NCBI GenBank assembly: GCA_045863335.1
Contig: BTVY01000074.1
Span: forward strand, 1 to 21,530
Origin: Candidatus Hydrogenedentota bacterium
GTDB taxonomy: Bacteria; Hydrogenedentota; Hydrogenedentia; Hydrogenedentales; SLHB01
Reading direction: 5' to 3'
Length of the DNA stretch: 21,530 nucleotides
Under the pieces are notes generated by a model, which saw nothing but the letters and a program-made list of their open reading frames with translations, made no database searches and was not told the DNA's origin. Both the position numbers and the translations under genes were made by a program. Positions 1 to 9,049 of this stretch are shown here, piece after piece (position 1 is the first letter of the stretch; the number at the start of each line of letters is the position of its first letter).

Positions 1-49
1 TAGCACATGCTCCTCAACTTGTCTTCTGCACAGATTCTTGTGAGGAGCC
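1..49 (-). mobile_element. Terminal fragment of a putative insertion sequence (ISL3-like end), reading outward from the window
   Basis: 1-49 is the exact reverse complement of 21479-21527. The element end reads GGCTCCTCACAAGAATC..., similar to the GGCTCT/GGTTC starts of ISL3-family ends, and abuts an A-tract (51-56). The family assignment is inference. Confidence 0.6.
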
Positions 50-119
50 CAAAAAATTAGGTAACTGTTTAGCCGGATATCGTGGCATTTATCGAAACGC
101 CGAGACCTGCGTAATCTCC

Positions 120-253
120 CCCCACCGTCATCCCCGCGCAGGCGGGGACCCATCTTTGGTTAACCAAGCGCGACGGACAGCCGGTCAGCAGCCGCGCCTC
201 ACCCACACCGCCAACAAAGATGGACCCCCGCCTGCGCGGGGGTGACGGTGGGG
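120..253. repeat. REPIN-like inverted pair of GTCATCCCCGCGCAGGCGGGGACCCA-type palindromes (family A)
   Basis: Arms 120-158 and 215-253 are reverse complements at 36/39 nt. Each arm has an internal CCCCGC-N3-4-GCGGGG hairpin. Single-arm relatives lie at 15191 and 19578. Confidence 0.85.
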
Positions 254-438
254 CGCAGGAAACGCTTCACTTCTTAAATAAATAGCTATGTAAGCAGCAA
301 CGCGGTAAGATGCGGTTGCTCACTATCGGACATTTGCTTCCAAATCCCTTTCACCGTCTTCAAGGATTTCGCGCTAAACTTCTCCGCTCCTGTGGCCGAT
401 ATATCATGTGGAGTGTGTTTCCCCCGGAGAATACCGCG

Positions 439-1158
439 ATGGATGTCAAGAGATTCCGCAAGGCTTTCTGGACCCATTTCAATGGCAGTCAACGCAACGA
501 GCCCAATCAGGAACTCTGGGACGCCGAAACCAGCCGGTCCCTGGACCTGTGTCCGGACGTCGAAGGAAAGCTCTCGCTCAAAAAACAGCAGTTGCTGAAT
601 CTCGCATACCGTTTGCTCCCCGAGAACGAGGCCTACCTGGAAATCGGCACTTACCACGGCAAGAGCCTCTTGTCGGCCCTCATCGGGAACCCATTCCGGC
701 CCACCTTCGCCTGCGAAAACTTCTCGGAATTCGACGTCAATTCCCTCGCCATCACGCAGGCCAATCTGCGGAAATATGGCTTCGCCGACGCGGTGACCTT
801 CTACGATTGCGACTTCCGCGAGATCCTCACGCCGGACCGGTTGCCCGTGCCCATCGGCCTCTACTTCTACGACGGCGCCCACGACGAGGAAAGCCAATAC
901 CTCGCCATCAAACAAATCGAACCTTTCCTGGCCGACGAGGCGCTCGTCCTCGTGGACGACTGGCGCTTCGCCCCCGACTCCAGGTCCTACGCCGAACGTG
1001 GCACCCTCCGCGCGGCACGGGAATCCAGCCACGCCTGGCAACTCCTCTATAACCTCCCCGCCCGTTGCAACGGCGACCTCGCCATGTGGTGGAACGGCGT
1101 CGGAGTGCTCTCATTTCAGCGGCAAGCCGAGGCGGCAGTCTTGGAGCCCGCGCTTTAG
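439..1158 (+). CDS. Class I SAM-dependent methyltransferase (Methyltransf_24-like)
   Basis: Motif I YLEIGTYHGKS, LYFYDGAH and VLVDDW. ATG at 439 is preceded by GGAGA (426-430), so it is preferred over the ORF-track start at 310. Confidence 0.8.
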   Translation: MDVKRFRKAFWTHFNGSQRNEPNQELWDAETSRSLDLCPDVEGKLSLKKQQLLNLAYRLLPENEAYLEIGTYHGKSLLSALIGNPFRPTFACENFSEFDVNSLAITQANLRKYGFADAVTFYDCDFREILTPDRLPVPIGLYFYDGAHDEESQYLAIKQIEPFLADEALVLVDDWRFAPDSRSYAERGTLRAARESSHAWQLLYNLPARCNGDLAMWWNGVGVLSFQRQAEAAVLEPAL

Positions 1159-1201
1159 CACCCATCCGTACACGTCCGTGTAGGTCCGTGCCTTTCGCGG
1201 T

Positions 1202-2980
1202 TTAACGCAGCACCCGGTTCCGGGCGCGTTCGTAGGTGATCCAGAAGCGGCGGAGGCGGTCTTCGGTGCGTTCGTCGAACTTTGTGTTGGCGTAGGCGGA
1301 GCGGACGTAAAGGTCGGTGAGTTCGTAGGCTTCCTCCCGCAGGGAGTTGAGTTCCACCGGGAATGCTTCGATGAACTCGTTGGGGGTCTGGTCGATGCGG
1401 CGGGGGACGCCGAGGTCGTAGGCGAGCGCGCAGAGGGCGTCGTAACAGCGTTCGATGCGTTGCTCGGTGTTTAGCGCGGGGCCTTGCGCCATGGGGTTCT
1501 CGATGCGCGCGCAGGTCGCGATGTTTCGATCCACTCGTATGCGCTTGCGGCGCAGCTTCGGGAGTTCGGGCATGCGGGTGATGCGTTCGAGAAACGCGTC
1601 GAGGGCGTTGAAGAATCGAACCACGAAGCGCGGATAGCGATCCCGGTTGCGCCCGATGCGGACCGCGATGGCCCCGGCGGCGCGCAGTAGCCCGTAAAGA
1701 AAGAATAGCCCAAAGCACAGCAGCACCCCGTAACCGATGAAATCGACTACGTGATTCTGCTGGATCACATCAACAGCCGGGGTCACGACGGACTGCAACT
1801 GAAACGTCGATCCCCGGTTCCAGGGGTCGTACTCGTGTTCGGCGACGTGGGCGATGGGCGGCAGCGATGGCCCGGGTATCACCGCCGCCGCGAACAACAC
1901 CATGAGCACCATCACGGAGCCGAGCCCAATCCAGAAGGGCCCCAGGCGGCCGGGCAGTCTCACGCGGCGGGCGCGGAAATACTCGCGCAAACCGGCCAGA
2001 CTGGACAGCATGAGCAGCGACAGTGCGGCGACGGTGTAACAGGCGATGTAGAAGTGCCCCGCCAGGAGCATGGGCGGGCCGCCATGCTGAATGACGCGCT
2101 GTCCCAAAGCGAAGGCGATCATGACGGGGATCGAGAAGTAGAAGATCGAAATACCGGGGTGGCGTTTCGACAGCCGTTCCGTCGAATCTAGAATCGGTTT
2201 GGGCCGTTTCTTCTCCGGCTTCTTCCATTCTGAGGGGTCGATGGCCTCGAGGGTTGCATCCGACAGACTTGCCGCAGGCTTGCGCTCGACGGCTTCCTTG
2301 AAGCGGCGCGCGGTGCCAGTGAGGATGCCGATGTCGCCGGCCGTGTAGTTTTCGTCCACACAACATTCATGGGTCAGCCGGTTCACCAGCCACCAGACAA
2401 AGATCACGACGGTCATATTGAAACCGAGCGCCACGCCGGGCTGCCCCATGAACTGCGCGGCGACCGATCCCACCTCGTAGGCCGTCGTCGTCGCAAGAGT
2501 GTACAGACCGATAGCGAGCGCGAGGCCGACGATGTACATGATGGACTCGTCCTTGCCGTCGCGGGCGATGAGCCGGTTGAGGGCGACGACACCCAAAATG
2601 AAACAAAAGGCGACGATGCGCAAATTGAGATCGTGCACTTCCGTGTACACAAACCGCACATCGAGCAGAAAGAAGACGACCGACGCCACCATGATCAGAA
2701 TCATCAAGGGCGTCAGGAAGTCGAGCAACAGGTCGGTGCCCGATCGACGCTGGTAGGGCTTGGGCGCGCCGGAACCGACCACGCCTTTCAGCGACTGAAA
2801 ATCGGTCGCGACGGGCGCCTTCTCCTTGCGCTTCGTCGCGGCGGCTTCTTCCGCCAGCGAGGCAAACTCCTCCGCTTCCGCGGCCATGAGCGAGGCGAAG
2901 TCGGTCCCAGACTCTTGCCGCTGGTCGTGTTTCTTACCGTCCGATTCGGGCGGGCGAAATCTCGTGGAGTTGCCGTTCAT
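1202..2980 (-). CDS. Multi-pass membrane protein with C-terminal DUF4129-like domain
   Basis: About 9-10 hydrophobic segments. The C-terminal YDALCALA...GVPRRIDQTPNEF...LTDLYVRSAY pattern is typical of DUF4129. It lies directly downstream of a DUF58 gene. Start uncertain (2980 overlaps DUF58 by 47 nt; alternative ATG at 2887). Confidence 0.7.
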   Translation of the reverse strand: MNGNSTRFRPPESDGKKHDQRQESGTDFASLMAAEAEEFASLAEEAAATKRKEKAPVATDFQSLKGVVGSGAPKPYQRRSGTDLLLDFLTPLMILIMVASVVFFLLDVRFVYTEVHDLNLRIVAFCFILGVVALNRLIARDGKDESIMYIVGLALAIGLYTLATTTAYEVGSVAAQFMGQPGVALGFNMTVVIFVWWLVNRLTHECCVDENYTAGDIGILTGTARRFKEAVERKPAASLSDATLEAIDPSEWKKPEKKRPKPILDSTERLSKRHPGISIFYFSIPVMIAFALGQRVIQHGGPPMLLAGHFYIACYTVAALSLLMLSSLAGLREYFRARRVRLPGRLGPFWIGLGSVMVLMVLFAAAVIPGPSLPPIAHVAEHEYDPWNRGSTFQLQSVVTPAVDVIQQNHVVDFIGYGVLLCFGLFFLYGLLRAAGAIAVRIGRNRDRYPRFVVRFFNALDAFLERITRMPELPKLRRKRIRVDRNIATCARIENPMAQGPALNTEQRIERCYDALCALAYDLGVPRRIDQTPNEFIEAFPVELNSLREEAYELTDLYVRSAYANTKFDERTEDRLRRFWITYERARNRVLR

Positions 2981-4238
2981 GTTCGATGTGGATGCAGTTG
3001 ATCTCGTGGTTCAGCAACAATCCCGCCGCCTTTTCGTAGGCAGCGGCGTTCTTAATAAGGAATACCGTCACCGCAAATCCCGCCAGCTTCATCTGGCCGA
3101 GGATCAGGGCGAAATCTTCAGTCACCTGCGGCACGATGGGCAATAGCGCCGCATCGCGCGGCAGCCGGTTGTAGGTCGACAGGATGAGTTGACCCGCGTC
3201 GAGTCCGTCGGTCGGGAGCACGCGCGCGAGATTCTCCACAATCATCAAGGCCTGAACCGGGCTGCGCCGCGTGGGCACCGTAAGCGGGCTGAGCCGGTCG
3301 GACTCCCCCTCCCCTACCACGTTTCCTTCCGCATCGCCGCGCGACAGGGATTGCCGCGATTCGACCTCGTACTTTGCGACCTCCGCCGCGTCGCGCGCAT
3401 TGGTCAGGAGCCCAACCTGTTCCCCGGACGCCTGGAGCAGGTAGGCAATGGACGCGGCAGTGGTAATCGCCAGTTCCATGCGCTCTTCCCCGTCCTCGCC
3501 CTGGTACCAGGCGCCGAACAGATCGAGGATGACCGTGCCGCCGAGCACGTTCGACGGCTCGGTCTGCTTAACGAAGAGCTCGCCCGTGCGCGCGGAGGCC
3601 TTCCAGTGGATGCGGTTCATGGGGTCGCCCCGCACATATTCGCGCAAGCCGGAGATGCGGGTCGGATCTTCGTACACGCGATTGCTGATCCGCACCGGCC
3701 CCTGCGGACGCCGCGCGCCGATGTTGAAGGTATCGATATAGGCGACCGTCGGCAGCACGGAGACATAATGCTGCTGCTCGCCCGTGCGGAAACGCTTCTG
3801 GAGCCCGAAGAGATCGCCCGACTCCATGAGGAGCGGCCCGATGCGGTGGTACCCGCGCCGCGGACAAGTCAGGGTATAACGCAGCGTGACCGAGCGCCCC
3901 GGCATGAGCACGGCGAGGCGGGTGTTGTCGCCCATGCGCGCGAAATCGGACGGCACCAGGTCTTCGATAAAGATCCACGGAATCGGCCAGCCGCGCCGGT
4001 TGGTGAGCACGACCTCCACGTCGGTCTCTTCGCCCTGCTGGAGCGTGGTCTGCGTGATGGACCGCGTGCAGTCCAACCCGGACAACCACGCCATCGAGGA
4101 AAAGTTGGCCACTGCGACCAGCAGCAGAAACGCGTAAACGGCAAAAGCCATGTACGGCGCCTGCACCAGGAACGCGATGCCCAGCGCCACACCGGCCACG
4201 ATGAACCAGAAGGCGTTTCTGCGAAAGGTGTCGGACAT
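2934..4238 (-). CDS. DUF58 domain-containing protein (MoxR-associated type)
   Basis: N-terminal TM pair, then RRGYHRIGPL...GDLFGL and LREYVRGDPMNRIHWKASARTGELFVK, the DUF58 signature. Probable start ATG 4238 (MSDTFRR). Confidence 0.88.
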   Translation of the reverse strand: MSDTFRRNAFWFIVAGVALGIAFLVQAPYMAFAVYAFLLLVAVANFSSMAWLSGLDCTRSITQTTLQQGEETDVEVVLTNRRGWPIPWIFIEDLVPSDFARMGDNTRLAVLMPGRSVTLRYTLTCPRRGYHRIGPLLMESGDLFGLQKRFRTGEQQHYVSVLPTVAYIDTFNIGARRPQGPVRISNRVYEDPTRISGLREYVRGDPMNRIHWKASARTGELFVKQTEPSNVLGGTVILDLFGAWYQGEDGEERMELAITTAASIAYLLQASGEQVGLLTNARDAAEVAKYEVESRQSLSRGDAEGNVVGEGESDRLSPLTVPTRRSPVQALMIVENLARVLPTDGLDAGQLILSTYNRLPRDAALLPIVPQVTEDFALILGQMKLAGFAVTVFLIKNAAAYEKAAGLLLNHEINCIHIEHERQLHEISPARIGR

Positions 4239-4321
4239 AACCCAACGATAGCGTTTGCGATGCAGGATGCGCAATTCTTCCCCCCTCTCCACATGTCCCC
4301 AAAACACGCGAGCGTAAATTT

Positions 4322-4523
4322 TGGAGTGCGGTCGCTTGCGGCTGCTTTTCTTCGGTGTGGCGCGGCAGCCCTAACTTCAAAGTGTCGATGGTTTCTGAGC
4401 AAAAACCGGAGGAACTTTCCAAGCTTGTCGAAGTCGATTCTACTGTGGACAGCGAAACCCTGAGGATTGGTTAGGTCGCTCGCGATCAACCAAAGAAAAG
4501 CAGCCGCAAGCGACCGCACTCCA
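4322..4523. repeat. REPIN-like element, GGAG-type REP inverted pair (family B, copy 1)
   Basis: TGGAGTGCGGTCGCTTGCGGCTGCTTTTCTT (4322-4352) and its perfect reverse complement (4493-4523), with a 140-bp spacer. Confidence 0.85.
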
Positions 4524-4621
4524 TATCAACTCATCGATTTTGCACGACCCATTCGACGATATACATCAATCCGATCCGCAATCCGTTTCTCACACTTCGT
4601 CCCCTTCCGGACACTTTAGGG

Positions 4622-7600
4622 ATGAAAACACCCCTCACCGTGGGCCAAACTGAACCTTGGGATGTACACGTAATGACCGACACTGAACTGATTACCCAGA
4701 TTCTGCGTGGGCAGACGACCCTTTTTGAACAACTCGTGGACCGCTACCTGCCGCTGGTACGGGGCGTGTGCGCGAGCCGCTTTCGCGATCCCGCGACCGT
4801 CGACGACCTGACGCAGGATACCTTCATCACCGGGTTCCGCAACCTGAACAAACTGCGCAACCCGGCGCGGTTCGGCCCGTGGCTCGCCACGATCGCTCGG
4901 AATACCTGCACCTCCCACCTCCGCAGCGTCACGCGGCGCTCGGCGATGGTGGAACGCGCGGCGAAGGAACCGAACGGCCACGCGGATACGCCGGAAGCCA
5001 TCGCGCAACGCCGCGAGTTGTACGGGTGGGTCCATCGCGCTATCGACAAGCTCCCGGACAAGACCCGCGAAGCCATGGTGTTGCACTACGTCGAAGGCCT
5101 GTCCACGACCGATGTCGCCGCGCAAACCGGCATCCGCGAAACCGCCGTCCGCAAGCGCCTCCAGTACGGCCGGCAACTCGTCGGAGAAACGCTATGGAAG
5201 GAAGTCGAGCCCCAGCGGGCGGCGGCAAAGCCCGATACCGAAGCCGCCAAACGTCGCGTGCTCAAAGCCCTGCCGCTCGCCGCGGCGCCGTGGCTCATGG
5301 ACGGCGGTAAAGCAGCCGCTGCGACGGGATTGCTTGGCTCGCTCGGATTCGGCGGCTTGGCCAAGATCGGCCTTGGCGCGGCAATCGTGATCGCCGCGGC
5401 ACTGGCATGGAATGCTTCGCGTGACCGTTCCGAGATCTCGAACGTGAATGTTCCGATTGATACGGAAGCGGCCACACGTGACGTTTCGTCAGTCGCACTG
5501 CCGGCGCAGGAGAAAGAATCCGATTCCGCTGAAGTCGATGCCGCAAGTTCCGCCGCGACGGGCGCACTCACCGTGCAGGTCAATCTGAAACGGAAGGACC
5601 CACACCCCGCCGAACGCACCGATTCCGGCGCGGTGGTGAAGCAACTCGTCTACCAACCACCCGTCGACTCGGGACAAGCCGTACCGCGTGCCATCGTGCG
5701 GGTGATACCCATGCAGTTTAAGGCGACGCGAATTGAAAGCCTCTTCGCCCGCACCGAAGTCGATCCCGAGCTTGCGAAGCGCGTCGTGAAGGCCATATCC
5801 GCTATCTATGAGTCGCGCCTGGGAATGATCCATGGAGCCGCTTCTGAATCCGAGCGCACGAACGCCGCATTAATCATGGCCGAGTCGGGCGTCTCAGAAG
5901 CGGACATGCAAGACGCGATGAACCAACTGCAACAGGCCTTGAGCGAGTCCGAAAACCCCAACGAAGATATTATGAGTCTACTGTTCGCACCCGCACCGCA
6001 ATCGGAATGGGTCGAGGAAGCCACGGACGAAAGCGGCAGCGTGACCATCGCCGGACTTGCGCCAGGCCGGTATTTCGTCGCGGCGCTCGACCCGGAAGTT
6101 GCACCCAAGTGGCCAGCGCCGAAGCCGGACGACGTTTCGCTGTTGCAGTCGATGGACACGACAGGCACGGGCATGATGGAAACCGCAATCGGGGGCGTCG
6201 AACCTCAACAAGTAACGGTCCTGATCGACGACGAGCGAAGCCGGTTCACGGGAACCGTGATCGACGCGGCAACGGGAGAACCTATCGAAAAAGCCCGCGT
6301 CGAGGTGGTGTCGCTGGATGTGCCCGGCGAAGAGGACTACACGCACACGAATGCCGAAGGTCAATATTGGATCACACCCCAACGCGTCGGATATGGAACA
6401 CTGCACGTACGCGTCACGGCGAATAATTACCAGCCCGTGGAGTTTTCACAAGAGCGAGTACTCGGCGTTCAAACGGAACGCCAATCCGTCGAGCTAACAA
6501 CACAGACGCTCGTCTGCGGATCGGTAACCACCTTCGACGGGAAACCGGCGCCGGACGTCAGCATCTTGCGATGGAGCGGCGATTCCGGCCGCGGTGCGGC
6601 GACGACCGACGCCGACGGACGGTACTGTCTCGGGCACGACGGCGGGCCGGTCACGCTCAGCGCGAGCGTCGGCAAGTTGTGGACAGAACGCATCACACTC
6701 CATTTGGCGCCCCAGGAAACGGGAACGGCAGATTTCGTGCTGCCTCCTGCCGGCTCCATTCTGCTGAACGCAACCAATGCATCGGACGAACCGGTCACGA
6801 CACTGAAAGATGTGAACGTGATTGACCTTGCCACCGGCCGCAGGACCAACCAATACTCCGAGTTGTCATCCGAGGACGGCGTGTATCAGTTCAACTACAT
6901 CGAGGCGGGCGAGTATCACATTGACGCGCGCGCCGATGGACTGGACGCGCTCGAACTGGATCGTGTGAAAGTCGCGGTCGGCCAATCCGCGGGCCCTTAT
7001 TACGTCCGGCTGGAACTGGAGCAAACAGACCTGACCATCCGGCTCGAAGACGCGGACGGCGCGCCGCAAGCGAACTACTATTTCAATCTCCACCGGATTC
7101 TCGCGTGGGACGACGGCATGGGAAGCCACGGCGAGAACACCGATCAAATCGCGAACGTCCGCACGGACGCGAAGGGACAATACGCGTTTGCCGGGCTTGC
7201 CATGGGACTGTACCGGGTTGACCGGGGCTCGTCCAGCGGGGAAGTCGAGGTACCGCATGCCGGAGTATTCGTCGTGCGCGAAGAAAGCGGTCCCAAACCC
7301 GACAAGCCCTCATCTCCTTCTTTGTTTCTCGGTGCGGCTCCCTACCGGATTGGAGATGGTCAGAAAGTCCCGATTCACGGTGACGGTGCCAAGACCTACG
7401 TCGTGCCCTTGTCCTCCGCGGAGGGCAGCGATCTCCAGTCCCATCTGTTGAGCGGAACCGTGGTGACGGAACCGGGTCCGTATCTGCTGCTCTTCGTCAA
7501 TCAGGGACACACGGCGGGGATCATACCGGTCGAGGTCTCCGAATCGGACTTTGAAACCTACAAGCAGAAACAACTGCTGATGGAAGTGGAGATCGAGGAT

Positions 7601-7906
7601 GGCGGAAGCGTCGAAGGGGCCCTGGTGGATGCCGAAGGCATGCCGGTGGCGAACCACGAGATCGGCGTGTTGCCGGTGGCCCTGTGGGAACTCGCACTGG
7701 TCAGCAACATTCACGTGACCCACTGGATGAACCTCGCCACCAGCCTAGCCCAAGGCGCGCAGACCGACGAGACCGGCGCATTCACGATCAACCACCTGCC
7801 GACGGGGACCTACGTGGTCGGCGTCTCAGGCGACGCAGTGTCGCAGCCGATTGAAGTCGTGGCAGGCCACGTCACCGGCCCGATGGTGATTGTGGATGCG
7901 GAATAG
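4622..7906 (+). CDS. ECF-type sigma-70 factor fused to a transmembrane helix and a large extracytoplasmic region of carboxypeptidase-regulatory-like (prealbumin-fold) repeats
   Basis: Region 2: DDLTQDTF...FGPWLATIARN. Region 4: LPDKTREAMVLHYVEGLSTTDVAAQTGIRETAVRKRL. TM segment GLAKIGLGAAIVIAAALAW. Repeated G-x-V-x-D...G-x-P and T-D-x-x-G-x-[YF]...L-x-x-G-x-Y motifs. Alternative start ATG 4673. Confidence 0.85.
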   Translation: MKTPLTVGQTEPWDVHVMTDTELITQILRGQTTLFEQLVDRYLPLVRGVCASRFRDPATVDDLTQDTFITGFRNLNKLRNPARFGPWLATIARNTCTSHLRSVTRRSAMVERAAKEPNGHADTPEAIAQRRELYGWVHRAIDKLPDKTREAMVLHYVEGLSTTDVAAQTGIRETAVRKRLQYGRQLVGETLWKEVEPQRAAAKPDTEAAKRRVLKALPLAAAPWLMDGGKAAAATGLLGSLGFGGLAKIGLGAAIVIAAALAWNASRDRSEISNVNVPIDTEAATRDVSSVALPAQEKESDSAEVDAASSAATGALTVQVNLKRKDPHPAERTDSGAVVKQLVYQPPVDSGQAVPRAIVRVIPMQFKATRIESLFARTEVDPELAKRVVKAISAIYESRLGMIHGAASESERTNAALIMAESGVSEADMQDAMNQLQQALSESENPNEDIMSLLFAPAPQSEWVEEATDESGSVTIAGLAPGRYFVAALDPEVAPKWPAPKPDDVSLLQSMDTTGTGMMETAIGGVEPQQVTVLIDDERSRFTGTVIDAATGEPIEKARVEVVSLDVPGEEDYTHTNAEGQYWITPQRVGYGTLHVRVTANNYQPVEFSQERVLGVQTERQSVELTTQTLVCGSVTTFDGKPAPDVSILRWSGDSGRGAATTDADGRYCLGHDGGPVTLSASVGKLWTERITLHLAPQETGTADFVLPPAGSILLNATNASDEPVTTLKDVNVIDLATGRRTNQYSELSSEDGVYQFNYIEAGEYHIDARADGLDALELDRVKVAVGQSAGPYYVRLELEQTDLTIRLEDADGAPQANYYFNLHRILAWDDGMGSHGENTDQIANVRTDAKGQYAFAGLAMGLYRVDRGSSSGEVEVPHAGVFVVREESGPKPDKPSSPSLFLGAAPYRIGDGQKVPIHGDGAKTYVVPLSSAEGSDLQSHLLSGTVVTEPGPYLLLFVNQGHTAGIIPVEVSESDFETYKQKQLLMEVEIEDGGSVEGALVDAEGMPVANHEIGVLPVALWELALVSNIHVTHWMNLATSLAQGAQTDETGAFTINHLPTGTYVVGVSGDAVSQPIEVVAGHVTGPMVIVDAE

Positions 7907-7973
7907 CGCACTGATTCTTTTTAAGCGAGTTTGCCCAGCAAGACGCGGGAAAGTAGAACGAATCTGTGTGATT

Positions 7974-8135
7974 CTATGGAGTGCGGCCCCTTGGGGCTGC
8001 TTTGATTGAGATCGTTCTGGTGGACCTAAGACGTTGGAGCGTTGACCGGTTATTCTGGAACTGCATTCTTGCCTGCCGACGACCCGCAGGCAAGCCTGCT
8101 TAGTCAAAGCAGCCCCAAGGGGCCGCACTCCATAG
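7974..8135. repeat. REPIN-like element, GGAG-type REP inverted pair (family B, copy 2)
   Basis: CTATGGAGTGCGGCCCCTTGGGGCTGCTTTGA (7974-8005) and its perfect reverse complement (8104-8135). The 98-bp spacer holds an inner hairpin CTTGCCTGC/GCAGGCAAG (8068-8094). Confidence 0.85.
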
Positions 8136-8147
8136 GGCGCACGATTC

Positions 8148-8347
8148 TTACTGGACCGCTAATGCACGCGCGTACGCAACGCCGCCTCGATACCTTCCCT
8201 TGTCAGCCTGGGGTGGGCCGCGAGAAGATCTTCAAAGGACTCGCCCGCGCCCAAGCGTTCGAGGATGTGCTCTACGGTAATCCGGGTACCACGCACGACC
8301 GGTTTTCCGAGCATGACATCGGGGTCGGTTGTTATCAGTTGGTCCAT
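8148..8347 (-). pseudogene. DUF433 family protein (putative antitoxin), apparently with a C-terminal 1-bp frameshift
   Basis: ITTDPDVMLGKPVVRGTRITVEHIL...HPRLTREGIEAAL is the DUF433 pattern. GGAGGT SD precedes ATG 8347. The frame as read stops at 8159 (ALRTRVH*); adding one G near 8176 gives ALAYARALAVQ* ending at 8148. Confidence 0.75.
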
Positions 8348-8446
8348 TGCCACCTCCATCAATCAAAAGGCTAGCACGGCGTGTGAACCCAAGCAAACCT
8401 CGCCCCACGCTGGAAAACCGCGCCCAATCCGAATACCATGGGCGGC

Positions 8447-9046
8447 ATGTTTGCATTTCTGCGAGGGACGGTTGTCCGCAAAGGGCTTACCCATATCGAA
8501 CTCGACGTCAACGGCGTCGGGTACCAGGTCTTCGTGTCGGACCGGGTCCACCGGAAGCTGGTGCCGGAATCGAACGCGACGCTCCTGACGTACTGCTACA
8601 TCCGGGAAGACGCCTTCAACATCTACGGCTTCCTTCGCGAGGAAGAGCGGGCCATGTTCACGACGCTGCTGAGCGTCACGGGGGTCGGTCCTAAGGTGGC
8701 CCTGGCGGTCTTGTCGGCCATGTCGGTCCAGGAGTTTGGCCGCGCCATCCTCGAAAACGATCTCAACGCCTTTACCAAAGTCAGCGGAATCGGCAAGAAA
8801 GGCGCGCAACGCATCATCCTCGAGATGAAAGCCAAATTGAAACAGGATGCCGACCTGAACGCGATCCTCGGCGAGGCGGAGGAAGCCACGCCCGATTCGG
8901 ACGACGTCATCGCGGCGTTGTGCTCGCTGGGGTGCACGATCGGTGAAGCGAAGAAAGCCGCGGCGGCCGCGCGAAAGAAACTGGGCGACGATGCGAAGGA
9001 CGAAGACCTCGTGCGCGCGGCGTTGCAGTCCATGGCGAAGGTGTAG
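8447..9046 (+). CDS. ruvA: Holliday junction branch migration protein RuvA
   Basis: MFAFLRG...LDVNGVGYQV, IREDAFNIYGF, HhH motifs VTGVGPKVAL and VSGIGKKGAQRIILE, C-terminal ALCSLG domain. Alternative start 8438. Confidence 0.96.
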   Translation: MFAFLRGTVVRKGLTHIELDVNGVGYQVFVSDRVHRKLVPESNATLLTYCYIREDAFNIYGFLREEERAMFTTLLSVTGVGPKVALAVLSAMSVQEFGRAILENDLNAFTKVSGIGKKGAQRIILEMKAKLKQDADLNAILGEAEEATPDSDDVIAALCSLGCTIGEAKKAAAAARKKLGDDAKDEDLVRAALQSMAKV

Positions 9047-9049
9047 GGA

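Noticed and set aside
310-438. N-terminal extensions in the ORF track (methyltransferase from 310; also DUF58 from 4307 and PilZ from 10369)
   Set aside because: Downstream ATGs coincide with domain starts (SD-supported for the methyltransferase and PilZ), and the extensions run through promoter or leader sequence.
4588-4621. Possible autoregulatory ECF promoter (TCACAC...GGACAC) upstream of the sigma gene
   Set aside because: There is no group-specific consensus I can verify and only one instance; it needs motif discovery across paralogs.
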